Positions 29,058 through 37,915 of a stretch of 64,000 nucleotides of DNA are shown here, piece after piece. The stretch comes from Thermoproteota archaeon. GTDB lineage: Archaea > Korarchaeota > Korarchaeia > Korarchaeales > Korarchaeaceae. The stretch spans positions 303,112 through 367,111 of the forward strand of contig JAOZFN010000007.1 of the NCBI GenBank assembly GCA_027492205.1. The letters run 5' to 3'. The position numbers and the translations under genes were made by a program. The notes below the pieces were generated by a model, which searched no databases, was not told the origin of the DNA, and saw only the letters and a list, made by a program, of their open reading frames with translations. The first letter of the stretch is position 1. Each line of letters opens with the position of its first letter.

Positions 29058-29175
29058 GCCCGGTCTGGTAGCCAACGCCGCGGGCCCTTTTTAGTCACGC
29101 TCCTCATTTTCAGAGGAGCTCCCGTCGGAGGTGGGCTTATTACGCGGCCGGCGGCGGGCTCGGAGGGAAGCGCCC

Positions 29176-30465
29176 TTGCCCGGCATAGTGGTCGTTGGGA
29201 TGCAGTTCGGGGATGAGAGCAAGGGGGCCGTCGTGGACTACCTGTCCAGGGATGCAGACCTCGTGGTGAGGTACAACGGCGGGGCCAACGCGGGCCACAC
29301 AGTCGCCACCGGAGACCTGAGGCTCAAGTTCCGCCTCATGCCGTCCGGCGCCCTCTGGGGAAAGAGGCTCGTCATCGGAAATGGGGTCGTGGTGGATCCA
29401 AAGGTCCTGCTGGACGAGATTAAGGCTCTGAGGGAGGTGGGCGTGGAGCCGAACCTGCTGTTGAGCAGGAAGGCCCACGTGGTCATGCCCTACCACAAGG
29501 TCATAGACGCCGGCAAGATGGCCGGATCGCTGGGCACCACCAAGAGGGGGATAGGCCCGACCTACGCCGACAAGGCCAGGAGGACCGACGCGATCAGGGT
29601 GGACGATCTCGTGGGGCCGAGGTTCAGGGAGAGACTCGAGTCCGTGCTCAGGTTCAAGCTGGACGAACTCGTCGCCTACGGCATCGTGAGGAGGGAGGAG
29701 GACCTTCCCAAGTACCTTGAGGAGGTCTACGGGGAGTACTCGGAGTACGGAAGGGAACTCAGGCCCTACGCGGGCGAGGCCTACCTCGAGGTGAACCGGG
29801 CCCTGGACGAGGGCAAGGTCGTCCTGTTCGAGGGGGCCCAGGGCACCCTGCTGGACTTGGACCACGGGACCTACCCCTACGTCACCTCCTCAAACCCCGT
29901 GGCCGGAGGGGCGTGCGTTGGAGTGGGGGTCGGGCCCACCAGGATAGACAGGGTGATAGGCGTGGCCAAGGCCTACACCACCAGGGTGGGCGCGGGTCCG
30001 TTCCCGACGGAGATCCACGACGAGCTCGGCGACAGGATCAGGGAGAGGGGAGGCGAGTACGGCACCGTGACGGGGAGGCCCAGGAGGTGCGGGTGGCTCG
30101 ACCTGCCCATGCTCAGGTACTCGATCATGATCAACGGGATCACCGAGATCGCCCTCCGCAAGCTGGACGTGCTGGGCGGGACAAGGCCCCTGAAGGTGGC
30201 CGTGGCGTACGAGATCGACGGCGAGGAGAGGGAGGTCATGACGCCCTTCGTCTCCGACCTGGAGAGGGTGAGGCCCGTCTACGAGGAGCTGGACGGGTGG
30301 GAAGAGCTCTCTCCGGGTGAGTGGGGGAGGGTTGCGAGGCGGGGGTACGACGCCCTCCCGAGGGGCGCGAGGGACTACGTGGAGTTCATCGAGGAGAGGC
30401 TCGGCGTGCCCGTGACGATGGTGGGCGTGGGTCCGAGGCGGGAGGACACCATCGAGAGGGTGTAA
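29176..30465 (+). CDS. purA: Adenylosuccinate synthetase
   Basis: QFGDESKG, RYNGGANAGHT, GTTKRGIGP, EGAQG, GTYPYVTSS, GTVTGRPRRCGW. Confidence 0.97.
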   Translation: MPGIVVVGMQFGDESKGAVVDYLSRDADLVVRYNGGANAGHTVATGDLRLKFRLMPSGALWGKRLVIGNGVVVDPKVLLDEIKALREVGVEPNLLLSRKAHVVMPYHKVIDAGKMAGSLGTTKRGIGPTYADKARRTDAIRVDDLVGPRFRERLESVLRFKLDELVAYGIVRREEDLPKYLEEVYGEYSEYGRELRPYAGEAYLEVNRALDEGKVVLFEGAQGTLLDLDHGTYPYVTSSNPVAGGACVGVGVGPTRIDRVIGVAKAYTTRVGAGPFPTEIHDELGDRIRERGGEYGTVTGRPRRCGWLDLPMLRYSIMINGITEIALRKLDVLGGTRPLKVAVAYEIDGEEREVMTPFVSDLERVRPVYEELDGWEELSPGEWGRVARRGYDALPRGARDYVEFIEERLGVPVTMVGVGPRREDTIERV

Positions 30466-30805
30466 CCTAGATCTCTGCCGAAGGGAGGCGCCTGGTGTCC
30501 AAGGGGATTACTATGGGGTCTGCTGTACCGCGCGGGGGAGCCTGGCGGTTCTGGCGGAGGTTATCTTTTCGTACCGGGTCTCCTGCCATCGACGGCCTTC
30601 GCAGTTTGTCTGGACGTACGAGGTTGCCGCGAGGGTGGAGGACCCAAGAGTGGCTCCATACCACGGGACCTGGACGCTGCAACCCGACACCGAGAGCACG
30701 TCAGCCCGTTTTTTCTACATACCCACAACCTTCGGGAGGTCCGAGGCGGGATGTCGGACCGGGGAGGCGCGAGCGATAAAATATGAGACCCAGGTTTAGC
30801 TCGCG

Positions 30806-31387
30806 GTGCGAGGAGCGTTGTTGGGAGGCCGCGGGCGATTGGCTCTCCTCTTGGCTGCAGGGTTTGCGGCCGCTGCCCTGGCGTACGCGGCCTTGAAAGG
30901 CCCGGAAAGGCCCCCCTCCGCGGCGCGGATCGAGCTCTCGAGTCCCGCCTTCGAGGGAGGAGGAGTCATCCCGAGGAGGTACACCTGCGACGGCGAGGAC
31001 GTCTCCCCTCCGCTAGAGTGGGGCGATCTCCCGGAGGGAACCCTGTCCCTGGCGCTGATAGTTTTCGATCCAGACGCCCCGGGTGGCGAGTTCACACACT
31101 GGTTGATCTACGGGATCCCCGCCGACGTCGGGGGGCTTCCCGAGGGAGTTCCCGGTGAGGGGGTCGTCGCCGGCCTGGGAACCCAGGGCCGGAACGACTT
31201 CGGGAGGATAGGGTACGGCGGTCCGTGCCCACCCCCGGGCCCCGCGCATCGGTACGTCTTCAGGCTCTTCGCCCTCGACGCGGAGCTCGACCTGCCGCCC
31301 GGAATCACCAGGGGCGAGCTGGAGGCGGCCGTTGAGGGGCACGTCTTGGGCGTGGGGGAGCTGGTAGGCCTGTACTCAAGGCCGTGA
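30806..31387 (+). CDS. YbhB/YbcL (PEBP) family protein
   Basis: YTCDG..SPPL.W, DPDAP, HW, GYGGPCPP, HRYVF. Confidence 0.93.
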   Translation: MRGALLGGRGRLALLLAAGFAAAALAYAALKGPERPPSAARIELSSPAFEGGGVIPRRYTCDGEDVSPPLEWGDLPEGTLSLALIVFDPDAPGGEFTHWLIYGIPADVGGLPEGVPGEGVVAGLGTQGRNDFGRIGYGGPCPPPGPAHRYVFRLFALDAELDLPPGITRGELEAAVEGHVLGVGELVGLYSRP

Positions 31388-31405
31388 GACTGGAGGCGCG
31401 CGGCC

Positions 31406-31966
31406 ATGGGCTACAGGGCCCACCTGCTGGCGGGGGGAGCGGTAGGGGTCGCCGCGGCCCTGACGCTCCGGGGCCTTGGCCTGAGTTCGGCGGGGGGCCT
31501 CTGCCCCGTGCTGGTCGTGGCATTCGCCCCCCTGGGCGCGCTGCTCCCCGACCTCGACGTGACCTCCTCGAAGGTCAGCAGACTGTCCGGGGCTCTGGCC
31601 GTCGGCTTCGTCGCCTGGGCTCTGATCTCTGAGGGGCCGCTGAGGTACTTCGCGCTCTGGTGGGTCGGGGTCGTCGTGGTAGGGTCGACGCTCGGCCCAC
31701 TAGGCAGACACAGGTCGGCGTTCCACTGGGTCATCCCGGTCCTCCTGATCGTCCCCCTCCTCTTCTCTCACTGGGCGCTAGAAGGCGAGGTGTCGGGGCC
31801 GCTCGACTTAAGCGGCCTCCACCTCCTGTTGACGTCCCCTCTGGAGGAGTTCCGGGCGATCTGGGCCTCCTCTTGGCCCGGCGGCCCCCTGACCCCGGAG
31901 TTCTGCGCAACCGTAGGCGCGGTCCTCGGGGCCCTCTCTCACCTCTCTCTGGACCTGTACTTCTGA
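31406..31966 (+). CDS. YdjM-like membrane metal-dependent hydrolase
   Basis: YRAH, GALLPDLD, HRSAFH, SHLSLD. Confidence 0.85.
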   Translation: MGYRAHLLAGGAVGVAAALTLRGLGLSSAGGLCPVLVVAFAPLGALLPDLDVTSSKVSRLSGALAVGFVAWALISEGPLRYFALWWVGVVVVGSTLGPLGRHRSAFHWVIPVLLIVPLLFSHWALEGEVSGPLDLSGLHLLLTSPLEEFRAIWASSWPGGPLTPEFCATVGAVLGALSHLSLDLYF

Positions 31967-31976
31967 GTCCGGTGGT

Positions 31977-32144
31977 CGAGGGGTCTCGGCGCCTGATGCG
32001 GTCCCGTTAAGCTTGGAAGGGCCGCAAAGCCTGTTCAGGCGCAGAGTACATTGGAACGAGACCCCTTGAGGGTGGGAGAGCGATCCATTCCTCAGTTGCC
32101 CGAGGTGAGATCGCCTCCGCCTTTCGGCGGAGTTGCCCTCCCGA
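31977..32144 (-). ncRNA. Candidate structured ncRNA, copy 2
   Basis: GGGAGGGCAACTCCGCC-GAAA-GGCGGAG...CCTCGG-GCAA-CTGAGG...CTCCC; TTTAAATA box at 32163-32170. Confidence 0.6.
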
Positions 32145-32485
32145 GCCACTTCCCGGCCCGGGTATTTAAACTAGGGGGCGCCGTCGCACGCGCGCGGAGG
32201 GCGGCCCGCGGGCCGGAGGGACATCGGTCTCGCCCTCCACTTCCGTTCGCTGGACCGATAGGTCTTCCACTCGTCTCGGGAGGATCGTTCACTTGTGGTC
32301 GCTGACCATAATGCGGCGGTCGCCGACCTTGAGACGCGTAAGGGCGTCCGTCGGAGGGATGAGAGGCGCCGCGCGCGTGCCGAGAGAGGTATAAAATGGC
32401 ACGCGCCGCGAATGAGTAAGCTGTTGTTCCTTCGGTCTTCTCGGACGGTTAAACCTGGGGAGAGGGCTCACGGCTCCTCGATCCT

Positions 32486-33439
32486 CTACTCGGAGTTACC
32501 CAGGCTCCTCAGCACGAAGCTCTCGCCCCTATACTCCACCACCCTCACCTCGCCCCTGGCCACCAGCTCGCGGAGGGTCTCATCGGGGTCGAGCCCACCC
32601 CTCTCCAGCAGGGCCCTGGCGTACTCTACCCTCATGGGGTGGACCGATGTTATCGAGAGGAGCGACTCTATCGGGTCTCCCAGGGAGGCGAAGTCTGGCC
32701 CCTCGTGCCCCGTGAGTAGCTCAACTCTGTCAGGCCCCAGTACGTCGGCGAAGATCTCGTGGGCCGCCGTCAGGGTCTCCTCGCTCGGCGGCCTTACGAA
32801 GCGCTCAGCAGGGGGCCTCGTGGGTATGGATACGTACGCCCTTGCCGGATCTAGTGAGGCCAAATACTCCGCAATAGCTTTCAGCTCCTCCGGCGAATCG
32901 TTCACGCCCCTCACCAGCATGGTCTCTGTTATGAGGCGGCCTGAATACTCTCCTGCGAATGCCCTCAGCCCCTCTAGCCTCTCAAGGTGGGGGATGTCGG
33001 GATGCGGTCGATTGATCAGCTTCCAGACTCTCTCTGAGACGGCATCGACTTTGGCGGACACCAGATCGGCCTTGGAGAGGTCCGACCTGACCTCTGGCAG
33101 GTGCACAAGGGAGGCGTTGGTTATCACCGCGACCCTGACGTTCACCCGGGCCTTGATCAGCCCGACGGCCCTCCCGAGGTTCTCGTCGAGGGTGGGCTCG
33201 CCGTCGGGGACGAACGTCACGTAGTCCACCTCCCCCTCCAGCGAGTCGAGGGCCCTCTCCACCGATTCTGCGATGAGGACCGGATCGTAGAACTCCCTCC
33301 TCCTCGCCTCCAGGTGGGGCGTCTTGCCCAGCTGGCAATACACGCAGGAGTAGGTGCAGTGCTTGGGTGGGATGTTGTTGACCCCCAGGGACCTGCCCAA
33401 CCTCCTTGATGGGACCGGGCCGAACACTAACCTCGACAC
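32486..33439 (-). CDS. Radical SAM Fe-S oxidoreductase (COG0731-like)
   Basis: FGPVPSRRLGRSLG, CTYSCVYCQ, DGEPTL. Confidence 0.9.
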   Translation of the reverse strand: MSRLVFGPVPSRRLGRSLGVNNIPPKHCTYSCVYCQLGKTPHLEARRREFYDPVLIAESVERALDSLEGEVDYVTFVPDGEPTLDENLGRAVGLIKARVNVRVAVITNASLVHLPEVRSDLSKADLVSAKVDAVSERVWKLINRPHPDIPHLERLEGLRAFAGEYSGRLITETMLVRGVNDSPEELKAIAEYLASLDPARAYVSIPTRPPAERFVRPPSEETLTAAHEIFADVLGPDRVELLTGHEGPDFASLGDPIESLLSITSVHPMRVEYARALLERGGLDPDETLRELVARGEVRVVEYRGESFVLRSLGNSE

Positions 33440-33640
33440 GCCCCAGCCCCAGGCCAGGGGGATAAATCCATTGCCGAGAATCTTCGGGCACGGAAAAACC
33501 TTCCCATAAGAGGAGGCAGCCTGAGATCGCCCAGTTGCCTCATCTTACGCGCGCCCGCTTGAGTTCGGGGGCGAAGTCCGCGGCCGAGGTGCCCTCCCCC
33601 GCAGCGCCATTTCAGGAGATCTCCCCCGCCAACGGTCGGA

Positions 33641-34552
33641 ATGCGGCCAGTGGCTACGTACTCGATAGTGGCCCGCGACCCCGAGACTGGCCAGCTGGGG
33701 GTGGCCGTCCAGTCCCACTGGTTCTCGGTGGGAAGCGTGGTCCCCTGGGCCGAGGCGGGCGTCGGCGCGGTGGCAACCCAGTCGTTCGCGGAGCCCTCGT
33801 ACGGCCCGCTGGGGCTCGCCCTGATGAGGGCCGGGAAGGACGCGGACGAGGCACTCAGGGCCCTGCTGGAGGTGGACCCCAAGAGAGAGTACAGGCAGGT
33901 AGCGTTCGTAGACTCCTCGGGCCGGGTGGCGGTTCACACCGGGGAGCTGTGCATACCGGAGGCCGGGCACGTCGTCGGAGATGGCTTCAGCGCCCAGGCC
34001 AACCTCATGAGCACGTCTGACGTCTGGCCGGCCATGGCGGAGGCGTACGAGTCTGCGGAGGGAAACCTGGCCCACAGGCTCCTGGCGGCGCTGGAGGCGG
34101 CCGAGGAGGCGGGAGGAGACATCAGGGGGATGCAGTCGGCCGCCATCCTCGTCGTGTCGGGCAGGCTGAGCGGGAGGCCGTGGGGTGAGGTGCTCGTCGA
34201 CCTGAGGGTCGAGGACCATCCGAGGCCTCTGGAGGAGCTCAGGAGGCTCCTCAGGCTTCACGAGGCCTACACTCACTCCAACAGGGGCGACGAGCTCATG
34301 GCCAAGGGTAAGATCGAGGAGGCCCTTGGCGAGTACGGGAGGGCGGCCGCGCTGGCCCCGGAGATCGTGGAGCTGCCGTTCTGGCAGGCGGTGACCCTCG
34401 CCAGCTCAGGGAGAATCGAGGAGTCCCTGCCAATATTCGAGAGGGTGTTCAAGGCCGAGAATAGGTGGGTGGAGGTCCTCAGGAGGCTCCCAAGGGTTGG
34501 AATGCTCGAGGAGGATGTGGTGAGGGGGATACTCAAGTCACTGGGCCGGTAG
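33641..34552 (+). CDS. DUF1028 (Ntn-hydrolase-like) protein with C-terminal TPR-like region
   Basis: TYSIVARD..TGQLGVAVQS, GAVATQ, GGDIRGMQSAA, DLRVEDH. Confidence 0.9.
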   Translation: MRPVATYSIVARDPETGQLGVAVQSHWFSVGSVVPWAEAGVGAVATQSFAEPSYGPLGLALMRAGKDADEALRALLEVDPKREYRQVAFVDSSGRVAVHTGELCIPEAGHVVGDGFSAQANLMSTSDVWPAMAEAYESAEGNLAHRLLAALEAAEEAGGDIRGMQSAAILVVSGRLSGRPWGEVLVDLRVEDHPRPLEELRRLLRLHEAYTHSNRGDELMAKGKIEEALGEYGRAAALAPEIVELPFWQAVTLASSGRIEESLPIFERVFKAENRWVEVLRRLPRVGMLEEDVVRGILKSLGR

Positions 34553-34584
34553 CGGGCAACGTCGGAGCGCCCACCTGGCTTCTC

Positions 34585-35100
34585 TCAGCTTTGAGACTCC
34601 CTCAACATCCTGGCCTTCTCCAGATACCTCCTCTCCTCCTCGGCCACCCACGACCTAGGATCTACCCTCCTCAGCTCGCCGTCGGAGGTCCTGATGACCA
34701 CCGACGTTATCCCAGCGTTGATTATGGCCCTTCTACACCTCTCGCAGGGCATGGCCTCCGTGAGTTCGCCGGTCCTGGCATCCCTACCAGCGATGTAGAG
34801 GGTCCCGCCTACCAAGCTCACCCCGCTCCTGGCCGCATTGATTATGGCGTTTTCCTCGGCATGTACGGCCGGGCAGAAGTCGTATCCGGTCCCCTTGGGC
34901 ATGTTGGCCAATTCCTTCAGGCAAAATCCAAACTCGTCGCAGTGCTTCATCCCCCTGGCCGGGCCGTTGTAGCCCGTGGAGACTATTGTGTCCCCGACCA
35001 CGATCACGGCCCCATATTTGCGGAGGAGGCACGTGGACCTCTCTAACACAACCTCGGCTATGCGGAGAAAGTACTCCTCCTTGGAGGGTCTGCCGGACAC
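34585..35100 (-). CDS. dCMP deaminase (ComEB-like) family
   Basis: RSTC...GAVIV...TGYNG...HAEENA...PCERC. Confidence 0.92.
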   Translation of the reverse strand: MSGRPSKEEYFLRIAEVVLERSTCLLRKYGAVIVVGDTIVSTGYNGPARGMKHCDEFGFCLKELANMPKGTGYDFCPAVHAEENAIINAARSGVSLVGGTLYIAGRDARTGELTEAMPCERCRRAIINAGITSVVIRTSDGELRRVDPRSWVAEEERRYLEKARMLRESQS

Positions 35101-35194
35101 CGGCCTCTCGACGGGGCGTTGAATTTAACGCTCTCGCGATCCACTGGACTCGCCGACCAGATCAACTCGGCCTGTCCTGCGCTGGTGACTCAGA

Positions 35195-36334
35195 TCAGTG
35201 GCCGAGGAGCTCGTCCAGCTCTGCCATGAACTTCCTCTCGATCCTCTTCTTGACCGCGTACGGGAAGCGGCCCAGCAGGGCAATCCTCTTCCCGTAGGCC
35301 AGGACGGCCCGGCCAGCTCCCAGCGAGACGAGGCACCTGGGAGACTGAACTGAGAACCTTATCTTGTGGATCCTGGGTGGCAGACCCCTCAGATCCCTCC
35401 AGATGTTCTCTGCTATGGTCTCCCCCTGAAACATGGCCTCCTCAGCCATCTTGGCGGCCCACTTCCCACCCACCTCGAGGTGCACGCAGTCCCCGGCCGC
35501 ATAGGCGCCCTGGGCCCCGATAACCCTCATGTGCTCATCCACGGCCATGAATCGGCCCCTCTTGTACTTCCTCGACAGGCGCTCGACCGGCTCGGGCGGC
35601 ACGACTCCGGCGGTCCAGGCTGCGGCCTCGAACTCCAACTCCTCTCCACCCTCGAGGATTGCTTTACCCTCCTCCACCCTCTCCACGCCCTTTCCGAGGA
35701 TGAACCCAACGCCCCTAGACTCCAGGAAGGACTTGGCCAGCTCTCCCGCCCTCGCGTTCCCCATGCAGGGGGCGGCCCTCTCCAGCTTCTCCACTATCGT
35801 GACCCTGAAGTCTGCCCCCAGCCTCTCGCCCAGGTCCACGACCTCTCCCGCCACTTCGACACCCGTCAGGCCGGCGCCCACTACCAGTACCGTCCCTCCT
35901 GAGGCTTCGCTCAGGAGCTGGCGAAATCTCATCGTGTCGTCCACCCTGTAAGTGGTGGTAGCTGAGCTGGGGAGTCCGCCCGGAGGCGTCCAAGGCCTTG
36001 CCCCTATGCCGACCGCCAGGTAGTCGTAGTCCAGAATCTCACCCGTATCCAGCGTGACCTTCTTCTCCTCCAGCCGGAGCCCCGTCACCCTCGCCCTTAT
36101 CAGGTCCGCGCCGTGGGACTTTAGGGCGGGGGAGACGTCCCGCCGTATCTCCTCTGGGTTCACCTTGTCGGACACAAGCTCCGGGGCGGATGGCAGGTAC
36201 TCAAAGGAGCCGGAGGCCGATACGAAGATCACCTCCAGCCTGCCCAGGAGATCTCTATGTATCAGCCCCCTTAGAACGCCCAGGCCGGCGAATCCGGTTC
36301 CGAGGACGAGGAGTCTCGGGTTCCCGCCTGACAT
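35195..36334 (-). CDS. FAD-dependent oxidoreductase (NDH-2/SQR-like)
   Basis: VLGTGFAG, VVGAGLTGVE, AAGDC. Confidence 0.88.
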   Translation of the reverse strand: MSGGNPRLLVLGTGFAGLGVLRGLIHRDLLGRLEVIFVSASGSFEYLPSAPELVSDKVNPEEIRRDVSPALKSHGADLIRARVTGLRLEEKKVTLDTGEILDYDYLAVGIGARPWTPPGGLPSSATTTYRVDDTMRFRQLLSEASGGTVLVVGAGLTGVEVAGEVVDLGERLGADFRVTIVEKLERAAPCMGNARAGELAKSFLESRGVGFILGKGVERVEEGKAILEGGEELEFEAAAWTAGVVPPEPVERLSRKYKRGRFMAVDEHMRVIGAQGAYAAGDCVHLEVGGKWAAKMAEEAMFQGETIAENIWRDLRGLPPRIHKIRFSVQSPRCLVSLGAGRAVLAYGKRIALLGRFPYAVKKRIERKFMAELDELLGH

Positions 36335-36460
36335 CCTGCGGCAATCGCTTACCTCACAAAAATCCTTTTGGAGGCCACTTAGCCGCTTTTGGGTCATTGA
36401 GGTCTGGGCCGCGGCCAGCGCGCCGCAACCCGAGGGGCTCCCTCCGGACTAGGGCTTTTA

Positions 36461-37693
36461 TTGGCAACCCCGCGTGGGCATCATCCGGTAGAGTTGGAGC
36501 TTCTAACGCTTGCCTTGGTCGGTCTGCTGGCTCTTATAGCTCCGCTGATCTCTAAGGTAACCGAGGTACCCTGCGTGGTCCTGGAGATCGCGCTGGGGAT
36601 CGTTTTCGGGCAATCCGTGCTGGGCCTAGTCAGAGTGGAGGGCCCATGGACCACCTTTCTATTCGACTTCGGGCTGATCTACCTCCTGTTCATGGCTGGA
36701 CTTGAGGTCGAGGCCAGGTTTCTCCGACAGAACGCGGTCGACTCGATGGTAATAGGCGTGCTATCGACGCTAGTGCCCCTCGCCATGGGATACTCCTTCG
36801 GCTGGGCGGTGGGGTTCTCGCCCGAGCTGACCGGCGTCATATTCTCTACGACCTCCGTCGGCGTGGTCCTGCCCGCCGCCAAGGAGCTGGAGCACCTCTT
36901 TCAGGGGCTAGCCGGACGTTCGGGTGAGGTCCCGTTCCACAAGCTGCTGATAGGGGCGACTGCCGTCTCAGACATGCTCAGCATGTTCATGCTCGCCTTC
37001 ATGATAGAGAGGAGGGGCGCAAACATCCAGACCCTGGCGCTGATAGCGGCGGCCGGCGTCCTGCTCCTCCCGTTCTACCGAGCCCTCCAGGCCTACGGCA
37101 GGCTCGCCAACAGGATGATTGAGCTGGAGAGGAGGTACCACTTCACCACCCGGATGAGCATGGTACTCATGATAGTGCTCGCCGCGGCGGCAGAGCTCAT
37201 CGGCGTTCACGCGGTAGTGGGCTCTTTCTTCGCTGGGGTGCTCGTGTCAGTGCTCACGGAGGGGTACGAGAGGCTGGGAGAGAGCCTGATATCCTTTGGC
37301 TACTCTCTCTTCCTCCCGGCGTTCTTCCTCCTGGCCGGGGCAAAGGTGAACCTGCCGGAGGTGGCTGCCGCCGGGGAGCTGTGGCTCCTGCCTGCCTTTC
37401 TCGCGCTTAGCTACGTCGGAAAGCTCGTTGGGGTGTACGTACCCGCCAGGCTACGCGGGCACAGCAAAGAGGTCTCCCTCACCATGGGGACGCTGATGTG
37501 GGCGAAGCTGAGCCTGGTCATCGCGGCATCGGAGGCGGCGCTGAGGCTCGGCTTGGTGGACGTTAGCGTCTACTCGACGGCGGTCCTGTTCGCCCTCTTC
37601 ACCGTTCTGCTGGCTCCGCTCGCGGCCAAGATACTGGCGTCCAAGACGGCGGTAGACGTGGCCAAGGCCCAGAGGCTCGGAGAGGTGATCTAA
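36461..37693 (+). CDS. Cation:proton antiporter (CPA2/Kef family)
   Basis: About 12 TM; LFMAGLEV, TTSVGVV, SDML, GSFFAG. Confidence 0.9.
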   Translation: MATPRGHHPVELELLTLALVGLLALIAPLISKVTEVPCVVLEIALGIVFGQSVLGLVRVEGPWTTFLFDFGLIYLLFMAGLEVEARFLRQNAVDSMVIGVLSTLVPLAMGYSFGWAVGFSPELTGVIFSTTSVGVVLPAAKELEHLFQGLAGRSGEVPFHKLLIGATAVSDMLSMFMLAFMIERRGANIQTLALIAAAGVLLLPFYRALQAYGRLANRMIELERRYHFTTRMSMVLMIVLAAAAELIGVHAVVGSFFAGVLVSVLTEGYERLGESLISFGYSLFLPAFFLLAGAKVNLPEVAAAGELWLLPAFLALSYVGKLVGVYVPARLRGHSKEVSLTMGTLMWAKLSLVIAASEAALRLGLVDVSVYSTAVLFALFTVLLAPLAAKILASKTAVDVAKAQRLGEVI

Positions 37694-37741
37694 TCCCCGC
37701 GCCCCCATCTATTTCACTCAGGAAAGGCCCCGACCCTGAAG

Positions 37742-37891
37742 CTACCACTTGAGCGCCCTCTTGAGGATCCAGTAGATCACCAGCGCCAAGAGAGCTATCA
37801 GGATGATCCTCACTAAGAGCCAGACTATCCTCCACAATAGGATCGCGAGAGCCAGGGCCACCAGCAGCAACAGCGCGTCCCTAACGCGCAT
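37742..37891 (-). CDS. Small hydrophobic membrane protein (49 aa), absent from the ORF track
   Basis: MRVRDALLLLVALALAILLWRIVWLLVRIILIALLALVIYWILKRALKW*. Confidence 0.65.
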   Translation of the reverse strand: MRVRDALLLLVALALAILLWRIVWLLVRIILIALLALVIYWILKRALKW

Positions 37892-37915
37892 CCCAAGCAT
37901 TCAGTCGGGGCGGGC

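Noticed and set aside
30467-30790. Intergenic region after purA as SRP/RNase P RNA or a third copy of the repeated RNA
   Set aside because: No SRP or RNase P signatures and only a 8-9-nt word shared with the repeat
28417-32144. c-di-GMP-I (GEMM) riboswitch identity for the repeated RNA (GGCAA-stem-GAAA resemblance)
   Set aside because: Lacks the G(A/G)CGCAAA junction and tetraloop receptor, copy 1 lacks GAAA, and no gene lies downstream in the sense direction
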